Below are positions 1 to 13,530 of a stretch of DNA of 64,000 nucleotides, one piece after another. This DNA comes from Lytechinus pictus. Lineage: Eukaryota. The stretch covers positions 8,372,001 through 8,436,000 of the forward strand of contig NC_087252.1 in assembly GCF_037042905.1 (NCBI RefSeq), read 5' to 3'. The notes below the pieces were generated by a model. That model was given only the letters and a program-made list of their open reading frames with translations. It made no database searches and was not told the DNA's origin. The stretch's first letter is position 1. Each line of letters begins with the position of its first letter. A program made the translations under genes and the position numbers.

Positions 1-893
1 TCTGCAACCGATTGTTAAAGGCCGTATGGTAAGATTATCAAAGCATTTGAGAGGTACTCATACGATGCTTAAAACGTAAAACATTGAAAACATTGCACAA
101 ATTAAACTACCTCATGATATGGTTTATATTTCCAAAAACGATGTTTATTGGGTCCATATCATTGGCATAATTATACTTGTTGCTTGTTAGAAAACTCACC
201 TTAAAACCAATTTTTCTCCATTTGGAAACCATGATTATTAGGAATTAACCTAAACATAATTATGGAAAAGATCAATCATTGATCAAATTACTTGGTGTCT
301 TTCATAGTAAAGGGTTATTTTTTAATGTTTGTTATAACTATATAGTTACATGCTTATCAATGAATGATAATATACCTAATGATTTTCTTATCTGAGCGAT
401 TGACAATAAAGGTAGAATTGATCGACACTTGTATCATCAAGAATCAAAAGTCTAGAAACCGTCGACATTCTGTAAATTTGTGGCTATCTATCCTCCAATG
501 AAGCCCTATTAAACACTTTTAAGACCCTGTATACCTACAAATGCCCTTGGAGAGAATTCCACAAAATAAACATTTAACAAGAGGTCACTCTTGTAGAAGA
601 ACGGTTACAAGAGCTGACCAGGAGGTCATGGGTTCTTACAACCTAAACATCTCTGATCTTGGAGAGGTGAAAAAATGACCGCCAAGAATTGATTCAGTCA
701 ACTAAGTTTAAAATCATTTAAAACACCAAAATATCGCCAGAATGTAATTTCCAAATGAGTGCTTGCATGGGTTCCATTTTATACCTTGCTAACAGTAGTC
801 GGTCGCTTGAAAGGCCTTGGTTTTACCCCTCCCTTCCGTAGCCTGCAATGATAAAATTAGTTCTCCATGCTGTTCCCGGACCTAATGCTACGT

Positions 894-1516
894 GCAGGAG
901 TTGATTTTGACTTGTCATTTCCGTCTCCAGGTGTTTTGACTATGATCAATCCTGCGCAGCTCCGGGATCTAGCATGAAGTGAAAGATCCGTTAGAGTTGA
1001 TTTGGATCATTGAGTTGCGTTCCCAACGTGTTAGCCTGGATCCTGCTGCTACATGATCTATGGTGTCTTCTGCAGAAGTTAATTTGGACCTGTTAGTTCC
1101 GATTCCAAGGTTTTTTTTTACCTGGATCAATCCTGCAGCTCTGGCATCTATCATGACGTGAAAGATCTTGCCAGAGTTGATTTAGACCGGTCAGTTCAAT
1201 TTTGAGGCATGTTGGCCTGGATCCTGCAGCTATATGATTGATCTATCACGACGAAATCCTGCAAAAGTTTATTTGGACCTGTCTGTTCTGTTTCCAGGTG
1301 TTTTGACCTGGATCAATCCTGCATCTCCAGGATTTATCATCACGTCAAAGATCTCACAAGAGTTGATTTGGACCTGTCAGTTCTGTTTCAGGCGTGTTGG
1401 CCTGGATCCAGCAGCTCCGTGATCTATCATGACTTGAAAGCTCTTGCAGAAGTTGATTTGGACCTGTCATTTCCGATTGACTTAGATCCTGCAGCTTCAA
1501 GATATATCATGACTTT
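894..1516. repeat. Degenerate tandem repeat, ~92-bp subunits alternating as a ~185-bp dimer (about 7 subunits)
   Basis: The motif (g/a)agttgatttggacctgtc...cctggatc(aat)cctgcagct...gatctatcatgac recurs near 899, 994, 1077, 1173, 1265, 1360 and 1450. Alternate units carry ccaggtgttttgac or ggcgtgttggcc. Confidence 0.85.
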
Positions 1517-1544
1517 AAATTTTTTTCAGGACTATGTGCAGCTG

Positions 1545-1865
1545 ACTTTGTCACATACATGTGAAGCACTTGTGATATCAGGTTGTTTGGATGTGATCCA
1601 TACTCGGCCAAAGAACAGTAGCATTCAGTTCTGATATGCTCCTTCCTCCCATATACCTCCAATACTTCTTGACATGTCCAGATCAGATAGAAATGATTCT
1701 GCTGGTGCATGGCACTATCACTTTGTCTCGCAATATAATGTCCTTATGGGGAGGAATGTTTCTTACACTTCGATTGATGAAACATTCATCTTCCCATCGA
1801 ATAGGATGATGACTGTAACTTTCTTGATGTATTCCTCTGTTGCTTGTAGCCTTGTACCATAATCT
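1545..1865 (-). pseudogene. Degraded Ty3/Gypsy pol fragment (integrase N-terminal zinc-binding region)
   Basis: Minus-strand translation through stops gives IILRDKVIVP...SGH...VLWPSMDHIQ...KCFTC, resembling the Gypsy RIVIP..H.GH..VFWP.M..C..C pattern. Confidence 0.5.
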
Positions 1866-1884
1866 GAACAATTCTTGTTATTTT

Positions 1885-2125
1885 TTTGCACCGATCATCT
1901 AGACTATAAGAGGAAGTGAGTTCCAGACTAGAAGCCACAACTGAAAAGGCTCTGTCGCCATGGGTGTAGGAGGTTGCATTGGGAACAACTAAAAGGTTCT
2001 TGTTGGATGACCGAAGTGATCGGGAGGGCTGGTAGGTGTTGATCACGCTCGCAATGTATGAATGGGACCTTCCTTGGATGCTATTGAATGTTATGACGAG
2101 GATTGTTTAAGAGGATACGCTTCAA
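1885..2125 (-). mobile_element. 3' fragment of an L2/CR1-group LINE ORF2
   Basis: Translation ...YIASVINTYQPSRSLRSSNKNLLVVP...HGDRAFSVVA has the typical L2 C-terminal motif and parallels YTPTRALRSA...AGDRTFTVSA in the element at 52465-52857. Confidence 0.8.
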
Positions 2126-2835
2126 TAACTTTGTTATTTGTAATCAAATTTTTATACAATTTTCAGCATTTTGCTCTGCGAATTTGACTCTATTAAGATA
2201 TAAATATTTTCAGCCTGGACCATCCCTTTAAAGAAATTGTGTTATGTGGGACCCTTGTTGGTTTTGTTATTAACTGATACATATGATATGAAAACTTAGT
2301 CTAAGAAATAGTTTGTTTTGTTGTAAATACCATAATTTATCAGATTGATATTATAATCACTCATTACATATATTCATTTCTTTTCACATTCTAATGTATC
2401 AGGCATTGTTTTTTTTTTACAAACATTTTTTCTGTAAAGGAAGTGGTTTTAGTGTCAGGACGACGATAAATACATCTAATAACAACGGATTTATTATTTA
2501 AAAAAAATATGTTCAATGAACAAGGTATCAGCATACTCAGTGGATCATGAAGAAAGATCAGCAAGAACTGTATATTCTATATTACATTTAACATACTAAA
2601 GCTAAACCTCCACATGTTAACGTTGGTCTGCACACATTTGTACTAGGGAATAAGCAGGATAAATTTAATAACATAATTATCAAAATTAGTACAGGGTTTT
2701 ACCCATGTTTCAGAAGTTGCGATAAAACTAAATTCATGGTCAATAGATGACAAAATTATCTGAATCTCATTGAAGTTCTTTGGCAAGCTGCATGCATTGA
2801 AATGTAACATAGAAAGACCTGTTTTAGTGTTCTTA

Positions 2836-3068
2836 CGCTCTAAATTACAAGGATTTGAAATAAATGCATTTCGGCTATGAATAGTGACCAGTCGATGTTG
2901 GGATCTAAGATTAATCCATAAATATGTAAATGCTACTAAATCTGGATTTCAAAATCAGTCTTTAAAATTTACATTTAAATCTTTAAGGATTGATTTTGAA
3001 TCATAATATCGACTGGTCACTATTCACACCGTAATGGATTTATTTTAAATCTCTGTCTTTTTGGAGTG
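2836..3068. mobile_element. Small palindromic MITE, flanked by TA
   Basis: Imperfect long TIRs: ta|cgctctaaa...tgaatagtgaccagtcgat and atcgactggtcactattca...tttggagtg|ta. Confidence 0.7.
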
Positions 3069-3081
3069 TATGTTGACCGTT

Positions 3082-5348
3082 AACAAGTGGAGCGCCTCTG
3101 GCAGTCTCACCTGCATTACGCGATTCAAGCAGCAGTGCTGACTTTGAAAACTACAATAAAATAATCATTCACAAAAACACCATTCATATAATGATACAAT
3201 ACTACGTTCATTGACCCTAAATGATATTTGACCTTGATCATGCGACCTAAGATTTGTCAGTGATACTTGATTACCCCTTTGTCCACATTTTATAAACTAC
3301 ATCCATAAACTTTGAAAGTTATGACAGCAATTTAATAATTACCTCCAACATGGCCAAAGTTCATTGACTTTAAATGACATTTGACTTTGGTCATGCATGT
3401 GACCTGAAACTCGCACAAAATGTTCAGTGATACTTGATTACTCTTATGTCCAAGTTTTATAAACTAGAGCAATACACTTTCAGAGTTATGATGGTAATTC
3501 AACAAATACCCCCAACATGGTCAAAGTTCATTGACCTTAAATGACCTTTGACCTTCGTCATATGGCTTGAAACTCAGACAGGGTGTTTAGTAATACTTGA
3601 TTACCTTTATTGCCAAGTTTCATGAACTAGGTCTGAACTAAATCCATATACTTTTGAAGTTATGACGAAATTTCAAAAAAACTTAACCATAGGTTAAGTG
3701 TTTGATGTTGATTCCCCAACATCGTCTAAGTTCATTGACCCTAAATGACCTTTGACCTCAGTCACGTGACCTGAAACTAGGGCGGGATGTTAAGTAATAC
3801 TTGATCAACCTTATGTCTAAGTTTCATTAACTAGGTTTGTATACTTTTTAAGTTATGCTATCATTTCAAAAACTTAACCCAACCGGTTAAGATTTGATGT
3901 TGACGCCGCCGCCGTCATCGGAAAAGCGGCGCCTATACAGTGCGTATAAAAAAAAAAAACGAGACAGATTTGAAAAGTCTATAAAATTTTAGTTTCAAAT
4001 TATTATGTCTATATTTTGGTGTTAATAGGTGCTCTAAGGTCTTGTCTTTTAAATGATATTAAAAAAAATTAGTTTCGTTCATGCTTGAGCGAACACGGGA
4101 CGTTTTTGTTGGGGGTTCAAAAAGAGGCTTGCGCCAGAATTGCAGAATATGAGTAATATGATGATCGGACTTCTTTCTAATTAGCAGACTTCCTCTTAAC
4201 CTTTTCATTTTCTTTACCATAATTTTCAAATCATGCGGTCAAAATTCATTTTCAGATCTATTTATTTGCTTGAATTATTCTGTTATTTCTTTTTAATATG
4301 CTCTCTGTTAGCTCTGAATATTCCTTCTTCAAGCTAAAATTTTTCTTTACAACCGAATTATGGGAGAGCATGGATTTTTTTATTCAAATCCTTTCATTAT
4401 GTGCTACAAAGGTTATGGTTCCTTTTGAACAAAGCCACACAGATGGGCGGGCGCTCGGGTTGCTCCCCCCCCCCTTAATTAAAAAAATCATGACCAAGAA
4501 AAAAGTGGACAGGAAATAAAAGGAAAGATAGAAAGTAAAATATGATATTATTTTCTGAATATTATGTCAAAATCTATCACAAACTTTGATATTGTAATTA
4601 AAAAAAGTGGGAATATTTGCGTGCTCACTTCGCTCGCTCACAACTTTTTAATACATTTTACTCGATCTGCCATATCTAGCTCCTTCAAAATTCACTCAAT
4701 ACATCATGGTCATTGAAAGACATGAATCCCTTCCTGTGTTTCCTGTCAAGCAATTAAACTTGGTCAAGGAATTAATGACCCATTGAAAAATAGATTCATG
4801 TCTTTTAAAGGTACATAACATAATTTGTTTCACATAATAAAACGATTTGAATAATCACAAGTTTTCCCAATTAATAATTCAAATCTTCTTGCTTGGGTTG
4901 ACATAAAAAATCATCTTTCCTCAGTTACTTATGAAGGAATATTAAAAGGTAAGAGAAGTTTAAATGAAAAAAAACAAAATAATTCAATTAAATAAATAAC
5001 TTTGTAAATGAAATTTGACAGCATAATTTGAAAATTGTGGCACAGATAATGAAAAGGTCAAGAGGAAGTCTCCTGATTAGCAAAAAGTCTGATCACTGTA
5101 TTACACATATTCTGCAATTCTGGCGCAAGCCTCTTTTTGAACCCCCAACAAAAACGTCATGTGTTCGCTCAAGCATGAATAAAATTTATTTTTTTAAATT
5201 GCATTTCAAAGATAAGACCTTAGAGCATCTATTAACACTAAAATATAGACATCATATTTGAAACAAAAATTTGATAGACTTTTCAAATCTGTCCCGTTTT
5301 TTTTGATACGCACTGTGGTCTCACTCTGCCATGCAGGTGAGGCAAAAA
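3082..5348 (-). mobile_element. Non-autonomous Helentron/HINE-like element with internal tandem repeats, split by a MITE at 3938-5315
   Basis: Ends are aacaag... and ...gcaaaaa. Subterminal inverted repeats gtctcacctgc (~3103) and gcaggtgaggc (~5334), with a terminal hairpin gtctcactctgccatgcaggtgaggc. About four internal units of gttcattgacc..aaatgacctttgacct (~3206, 3359, 3526, 3730). Confidence 0.65.
3938..5315. mobile_element. Tc1/mariner-type non-autonomous element with ~350-bp imperfect TIRs
   Basis: ta|cagtgcgtataaaaaa... and ...ttttgatacgcactg|tg. The arms match in reverse complement over ~350 bp. TA target site, with the right copy reading TG. Confidence 0.85.
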
Positions 5349-5359
5349 CATAAGAATGA

Positions 5360-5559
5360 CTTTTTGCACTAGTATTCAACCTTATGACGCTTTTTCATAA
5401 TCGGCTCCTGCCCCATCCATGTATTTGACTACCATTGGGGATGAGACCAAACAGGGAATTAGTCAAACTCAGCGTGGACTGATATACATGGAGTTGAGCA
5501 ATCTACACAATGTAAGACATAACATTTATTATGACTAGGTTGAATACTAGCGCAAAAAG
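5360..5559. mobile_element. ~200-bp MITE-like element
   Basis: 23-bp inverted termini ctttttgcactagtattcaacct / aggttgaatactagcgcaaaaag, one mismatch. Confidence 0.6.
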
Positions 5560-5778
5560 CCTATCACCGCATAATTCGATCGTCCGCGCATTCAGGCGAC
5601 ATATTGATATAGAAAATACTGACTAACTTGAATTTCCTATTGAAAGTGGAAAGTGGGCAATTTGTGTTTAATATTATTAGCTAAGAGCAGCATAATAAGC
5701 TTAATGTCATTATAACATATTAAATACCGATTTTCTCTCTCTTGGATAAGCTTCCTTGAAAACGGATGTAAACCTCTC

Positions 5779-6945
5779 AAAAAAAAGTTTGGAAATCTGT
5801 GTTTGGCCATTAATTTTTCCCTACTCTCAATTTTAAACAAGGCATATTTTACATCATTCGAAAGATAATTAAATTCTCTTTAACATGATACCATGCTTGT
5901 TATGATCATCACGAAAAGAGCAGGATTCAAATGTGTTGGGTGAGGTCTGAATTGAAAAGCTGCAAAACGAGCAAAAAGGGTTTGGAAATCTGAGTTTGAC
6001 CATTCCTTTCTCCCAACTTCCAATTTTACACAATGCATATTTGATATCATTCAAAAGATCATTTAATTCTCTTTAAGATGACACCATGCTTGTTATGATC
6101 ATGCCATCAAGAAAAGAGCAGGATTCAAAAGTGTTGGATGAGGTCTGAATTGAAAAGCTGCAAAACGAGCAGAAATAGTCATGAAGGGTCAATACAGAAC
6201 ATGGTTCTTTTGTCTGTGTCAGTAGAGATGAAAATCCATTCAAACCAAGCCCCTGTTTCTGTAGTGATGGTTCTGTGAGATAACATGGTTTGTGTCGTTG
6301 TTTGCAATACCCATGCATGTTTGTTTGTTTTGTTTTTGCTTGTGCAGAGGTGTGTTTGATTCCATGTTAATGTTGATGTTAAGTTTGTTTGTTTTGTTTT
6401 TGCTTGTGCAGAGGTGTGTTTGATTCCATGTTAATGTTGATGTTAAGGTGCATGAAAACAAAATAAATTATTGAAAACTCACTCATCACTACGGAAAAAA
6501 GAACAGTGACTTTCAATATTGCGTCATTTTGCAACTTTTGAATTTTGACCTAATTGCCCCACATTTCAAGGCACTGCACCTCCATGTCAATGATAATCAT
6601 ATCATATAGGGTATCATTCTAAAGAAAATTAAATGATCTATTCATTGATATTAATTACACATTGATATTTACTAAAACCGATGAGGAATTATCGGTCAAA
6701 GTAAAAACAAATCCGCTGAGAAACTCGCTCATCACCACGAAAAAAAGAACAGTGACTTTCAATATTGTGCCATTTTGCAGCTTTTGAATTTTGACCTTGC
6801 CCCACATTTCAAGGCACTGCACCTCCATGTGAACCATAATCATGTCATGTAGGGTATCATCTTAAGGAAAATTAAATGCTCTATTGATTGATATTAATTA
6901 CACATTGATATTTACTAAAACCGAAGAGGGATTATCGATCAAAGT
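5779..6945. repeat. Cluster of three two-copy tandem duplications (~195 bp, ~65 bp, ~245 bp)
   Basis: Copy pairs at about 5779/5973 (gtttggaaatctg...gctgcaaaacgagca), 6318/6384 (gtttttgcttgtgcagaggtgtg...gatgttaag) and 6474/6720 (aaactc.ctcatcac...tactaaaaccga). Confidence 0.8.
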
Positions 6946-7515
6946 CAGATTTCCAAACTTTTTTGAGGAGTTTATAATAATAAGTGCGATGCCACTGACC
7001 CTTGATTGCAATTAATGCCGTAAAAGTTTTATGGATATAACTAGGCATATCAATTCCATCTAGAATGACCTATAGGTATTTTTTTTCCAGCGTTGGTCTG
7101 GAAAAAAATATGAGAGATTTTTGCGTTCATAATAAATGCCATTTATATTTCAGATATATATATATATATTATTTGGATTGAAGTTTGCTTCATAGCGTGT
7201 GTGTTTTGAGGTTTTTTTTATTATTTGTGTTTAGAAATTTGAGAATAATGCAATGTGTATTGATTCCAATTACATATTAATCTCTAAACTTGAAACACAA
7301 TGTAACACAATTGTAAGGTATGATAACAGATGCCACTGTCACAATGACAAGACAATATAGCGAGGTGTTAAAAATTTTCACCGAAGAATTATTGATTACA
7401 ATGATACCGGTAGTATATGGTCCCATCTTGATAAAGAATAGGCAGTTTCGCATTCGCGACGGGAACGAATTCTTTAACATAGAATATCTATTGTCAAAAG
7501 CCCTTCACGACTGGT

Positions 7516-8055
7516 CCCGGGGGAGGGGGGCACTTACATAGACGAGTGGATACCATGCGCGACCAAAAAAAAGACACGTAATCAGGATGTCTTTTTCAAG
7601 ATAGGGCACGTTACGTACGTAACGTAATAAGGGTGTCAAAAAACACTAAAATAATGAAAAAAGGTACGTGTTTAGGGTCAAATTTGCGAGGGTGTAAACA
7701 ATTAAGACTAAATTGTTTTATAAAGGATGTACTTTTTGCCCCAAGAGTCAAAACTAGGTGTTTAGGGTACGATTTTGCGTGAGATGTTGAAGGTGGGGCT
7801 GTACTAACCCAATCAGGTATAGGTAAAACCGACGACAATATCGTTGTACTTGTTTAGGGGGTCAATTCAGGGGATACTTGCCAAGAATGTCGTTTTGTTT
7901 CCAATACTTGTTAAGGGTAGGGTTTCACACGCCAATACTTGTTAAGGGGTGCATTTTCAGAATATGGAAAAAACGTGTTTAGGGTGCTTTTCGAGACCCC
8001 ATGGTCGCGCATGGTATTCACTCGCCGATTGAAGTCCCCCCCCCCCCCCCCCGGG
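7516..8055. mobile_element. MITE with CCCGGG(G)n termini and an 8-bp TSD
   Basis: TIRs cccggggg...cactt...gagtggataccatgcgcgacca / tggtcgcgcatggtattcactc...aagt(c)nggg. Perfect TSD cgactggt at 7508-7515 and 8056-8063. Confidence 0.9.
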
Positions 8056-9644
8056 CGACTGGTACATAAGAAAGCAATCTTTGTCGAAAATCGGTGAATA
8101 AAAACAGCACTTTCGTCCAGGACTCTGTACAAACGACATATTTGAAATTTCTCGTCAGCTCAGAATCCTACGACAATCATCTGTTCCGGTTCACCAATGC
8201 TCGACAAAGACCTCTCAGTTGTTCATTGTGGTCCGACGGGCATTTCCGATCGATTTTCTGTGCAGGATAGAATCTGTCCCAGTCGCGATTGCGAACACCG
8301 AGGCAAAACATGCATCGTGCGAAAGGAACCGTTGCAGTGCATGTTCGTTGCAGGGCATGTTCATTGCAGTTCTAAAAAGATTGATGGAAGAGACTAAATT
8401 GCAAAGAATAAAAACATCCAGAATTTCAAAATAATGAAGTTCTGAAGTATATCAATCCCCCTGAATTACCTATCCCTCTTTTTTGCTGCATGGGTGTGTT
8501 ATTTATAGATGAGAGTATTTTTTTTATAGACAATTATGCTTGTATTGTTGATAATTTTTGATATTTTTATTACCTGGTGGCCGCTTTTTATAAGCCATGC
8601 TTCTTCGGGGTCACCTTACCATCATTGTATATTGCATTTTACCTTACTTTTGTTGTCAACATGTTTGCATTGCTTTTGCATTTGATGATTAAACAATACA
8701 ATAAAATTTAAATTTCCAGGAGAAAAAAAAAGAAAGGGGGAAAAAAAGGAAGAAGGAGAGGAACGATTTTAAAGGACACGTCGAAGAAAAGAAAAAAAAA
8801 ATAACTAGGCCTTACGAGTTGGCGGTAATAGTCAAATATGACTGGTCGCCATTAATATCCAACAAACAACAACAACAACTTATTCTGAAATCGGGGTTTA
8901 TTATGGAGAGCCAATTTGGGAACAAATCTTTATTAGTACGAGTTCAATTTATTAACTCTTTTGACACCCGAATCGTTTGTAACTGTCTCAGAATGATAAA
9001 TGAAATATTTTCTTCATTATAAGAGCTGTGGGACACAAAATAGTAAATAAAAGAAATATACAATATACGCAGAAATTTTGAGATTTTGGCTCCCCATAAT
9101 TTTAGCACAGAGTTAGACCATGGTCTAAGTTAAACCTGAGTTTAGAATACGGGCCAATGTGTTCTTTTTTTTTTATAAATTTGGAAATGAATACTTGAAT
9201 TTAATTGGAAAGTTATAACATAACTGACAATAGCCCGAGTAACTATGGTAACTGAGATAAACCCTTGGGGATAGGCCTACAATGGCAAGGTTGTGGGTTC
9301 GAACCCCAATTTAGGCAAGAACTTAATATGAAAAAAAAAATCCCATTTTGATGAAAATTGAGGTGAGACTGAGAACAAAATACAGGTAGCTTTGGTCACA
9401 ATCGTGATGATAAAACAATGAATAGAATGTCCCATTTTTTAGGTGAAAATCTCAAAAAGTTAAATCGGACGGCCTAGCCCGGCATTTTTCATTTTCCTTC
9501 TCGACCGTCGTTCCGCTCCCTCAAGTGTACGGCTGTTTCATCCATCAGTGTTAAATGCTCAGGGGCGTGGATGTGGAATAGCCTTATGATTAGCCGGATG
9601 TAAAATATATTCATCTTCCATTCCCTTTCCCTTTGATTTAATGT

Positions 9645-9868
9645 TATCATCACCATCATCGTCATCATCATCATCATCATCACCAGCACCAGCACCATTA
9701 TTATCACCACCACCACCATCATCATTATCCCCGCCATCATCACCACCACTACCACTACCACCACTATCATAATCATCATCATGATTATTGGATTATCATT
9801 ATTATCACCATAATCCTCATCATCTTTTGCATCATCATTACAGGATTATCATCATAATCATCACCAAT

Positions 9869-9905
<37 letters not shown>

Positions 9906-10235
9906 CCAATATCATCATCATCATCATCATCATCATCACCACCACCACCACCACCACCATCACCACCACCACCATCATAATCATCATCATGATCACCATG
10001 ATCATTATCATTATTGGATCATCATCATCACCATCATCATCATCATCTTTTGCATCATCATTACAGGATTATCATGATCATTATCATTATTGGATCATCA
10101 TCATCATCATCTTCATCATCATGATCATGATCATGATCATGATCATCATCGTCATCATCATCATCATCCTCGTTATCAACTTCGTGTAGTCATATCATTA
10201 AGACTATCCTTATCATAATGACCATTATTATCATG
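9645..10235. repeat. (CAT)n/(CAC)n compound microsatellite
   Basis: Directly visible trinucleotide runs; they explain the poly-I/H/T and poly-M/V ORFs. Confidence 0.97.
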
Positions 10236-11744
10236 TTTAAATTTCATTCTCCTTGTTACTACGATGACCACAAAGTGTTCATTATCAATAAATCATTTCG
10301 CTCAAGAACATTGAGACGACCGACCACCTAATTCGTCATCATGACGAATTAAAATCACAGTTTTTATATTGTAGCTGCGCTTCACACTATACTTTTGGCT
10401 AATTCTGTTTCTGTTTGAAAGACAAACAATTTTACCAAAACAATAACCTTGAGTAAAAGGAATATATAACTTACCTTCTTGCAAAAACTGAAGAAGAAAT
10501 ATATCACAATCACTCCAGTCTATTCAGCTTTTTAAAACGCAGATTAACGTATCGTGCAATTCATTCAGATGGAATCAGTTTCCAGCTGTACAGCAGAATG
10601 GCAAAACAGACAAGTTCAATATTTTCATCTGCAGCTGCTTACTGCATTTAGTATCTCTTATTGCGCATGCGGTAGAGAAGAGTCCCCAAAAGCGGGGAGG
10701 CGGCGGGGGGAATTGCCCTCCAAAATCGCCGAAAGGAAAACAAAATGCATATTTTTTTTCAAAATGAAATGTGCCCTGAAAAAATGTGTCCTTTGCGAAG
10801 AAGCACTTTCTTCTTTATACAGCTTTGTTGATTCTCCAAATTTTGAAAAAAATAATCTCAGGTTTTTAGTTTTATATTTTCGCCCCTTAAAGGGCAGGCA
10901 GAGAATTTAAAGAGCAATGTAAAATAGCCAAAAATGAAAAAAAAAATCAATCTTTTGAGGGGAAGGTGGAATGTAATTTGCCATATCACCGCTTGTATAT
11001 GTTATTAATACGTCATTCATGTATCGAAATTTTGCTGGGTGACAGCTCTAACGTTACAGTAACATTTAAAAGTGAAATTTTGATATCAAACCATCAAAAT
11101 AGGAATACACTCATGGCCAATATCCACTTCCATCTCAAGTAGATATGAAAAAATTGAGACGATAAAGTGATTTTGTGTTGTTAACCACAAGCTGCTCTAT
11201 ATAACTAGAGTGGGACTAAATACGCGTTATTCATAACAAAATGAAGATTTGGCAATATTTTTAAACATATCAGATATATTTTAACTACCATATATGGGCT
11301 ACTTTTCACAATCTTGTAGTACCGTTAGTTTGAGAACCAACGCTGCATGAATCAATTAACATTTTCTTGTATACTGGGGATATAATCTGATTCCAACCAT
11401 ATTCCATTTTCAAACTCCTTTTTGTCTAATTTCTTTAAATCGTAAATTTCTTTTATAGGATTAATTGCTGCCCTCTACGTTCGTTCTTTTAGCAATCTTA
11501 GATCCAAGAGCCGTTCCTGAAACCCCCGTTTTAAGACCAATATTTAGTTCTGGAGCCCTTATTTTCAACTTTGGCGCGGCACATATCATGTCATAATTCA
11601 AGTACCCCCCCTTCTGGAGAATGGCTATAGACCATTAATATCAAAATATTATAATGCATTTTAGCATTTAAATCTTATTTTCTTTAAATATTATTTTGGA
11701 ACTGCGTTGTCATGGTAACGGCATATTATACCGATATATGTGTA

Positions 11745-11953
11745 GGGGAAGGCGGGGGTAAGTTGAGCATAGGGGCAAGTTGAGCCACCACAAATATACT
11801 ATAGAAATAAGAACAATATTGTTAGTCCAGGTATGGATTCTCATTCTTGTCATAGTCTTTTACATGATAAATGCTTAAAAATTTGTGGATGTGAAAATAT
11901 CACAATAAGTTTGGACTGGGGTAATTTATGCCAAATCAACATGGGGCAAGTTT
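11745..11953 (+). mobile_element. Truncated copy of the GGGGAAGGCGGGGTAAG-terminal MITE
   Basis: Matches the left end and internal blocks of the complete copy at 28642-29456. Confidence 0.8.
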
Positions 11954-12199
11954 TTTTATTTATTTATTTTTCTTTTCAAATTCACTTCAGTAAGCCGAGT
12001 CAAAAATTGTTCTCAGGGCACTGGGTATCGCCTGTCAAAAAAAAAAAAAAAAAAATGCCGTCGATTACTATTAAAATCTTACAATCCATACATACCCGAA
12101 AAAATATATAAAGCATTTTTAAAGAACCCTTCTATTTAATACAATAGAAATAGATTGACGAATATATTTCGAGCTGCTCGCAAATCTTTTTATTTGGAG

Positions 12200-13530
12200 A
12201 AACTTGATAGATTTAATCAAATATGAAAACCTCATGGAAGATCATTAATGATTTGATTTGACACTGGTAATCCAAACATTAACCAAAGATAATTTCACAG
12301 TTCTTGATGCCGCAATAAATTCAGAAGATGTAGCTGATACATTCAAATCATTTTTTTTTTAAATAGGACCCTCATTGGCAAACCAACTTTACAGACCAAA
12401 TCAAAATTTTGCAAGATTTCTTCCCACACCACTAATGATTCGCTATTCTTTAAACCCACAAATGTTCAGGAAATAATTGAAATAACAAAACATCTCATAT
12501 CAAGCAAATCTCAATATAGAATAAACACTTTCATTCCTATACAAATATGTATTGCATCATGATTCGATTATATCGATCTGCACCGACAGACGTCTTAATT
12601 CCCTAAAAATATTCAAAGGTAAAATGCAATCACATATTGATTCCTACCAGCATATCCAAAATATTAGAAAGAAAATATTTACAACAGATTTTACACGTTC
12701 CTTGATGCTTTTCCTTCAGGAAAGGACATTCGACGGACCAAGCTTTAGTACATAATACGATAAAATTACAAATGCAATGACAAACAAAGAACATAAAAGG
12801 AGTACCAGACCTAAGCAAAGCATCTGATACCCTCGATCACCAAATTTTATAAAAAAAACTTTAAAATTATGGAGATATAGTAATTGCATTATCATGGATT
12901 GAGAGTTATTTGTCAGAAAGAAAAAATATAATTCACAAAAATATTTCTTCTAACCTTTAATCAATAAAATGCAGCGTTCCACAAGGATCGATCTCGGACC
13001 CCTTGCTTTAAAAAAATATATAGTACTGATTGACTAATGTAACGCATTTGTTATCATTTGTAATATTCGCAGATGACACAAACATTTTTTGGTCACATAA
13101 ACGTTTTGAAACTTTAGTAGATACAATTTATCGTAAATTGCCAAAACTATCTTTGTGGCTTAAGTGTAACAAGCTTTCAGTTGATATCGATAAAACAAAC
13201 TTTATTCAAACATACAAATTCACACATTGCTGAATTTCCTTACAATGTAACCATTGACAATATTCCTCTGAAAAAAAACACACCAAATTTATATATGCGT
13301 TACAATAGATGCAAATTTAAAGTGGAATGAACACATACTACTAGTATCTTGAGAGACGATGGTGTACTTCACAAAATGAAAAACATTATTCCACATACTA
13401 CCCATGTCACACTATATACAATTCATTAATATTACCTTAAATGATATCATACTGCAATATAGTTTTTGCAACCTGTGAAAAAAATAATTGATACAATACT
13501 TACTAGTATTACAGTAAAAATCCATTCGAA
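12200..13530 (+). pseudogene. Highly degraded CR1/L2-group LINE reverse transcriptase
   Basis: Remnant motifs in the expected order: DLSKAxDTLDH (~12808), PQGSISDP (~12978), IFADDTNIF (~13063), WLKCNKLSV. Many frameshifts. Confidence 0.85.

Noticed and set aside
9489..10189. Hydrophobic or His-rich ORFs that look like membrane proteins
   Set aside because: They are translations of the (CAT)n/(CAC)n microsatellite.
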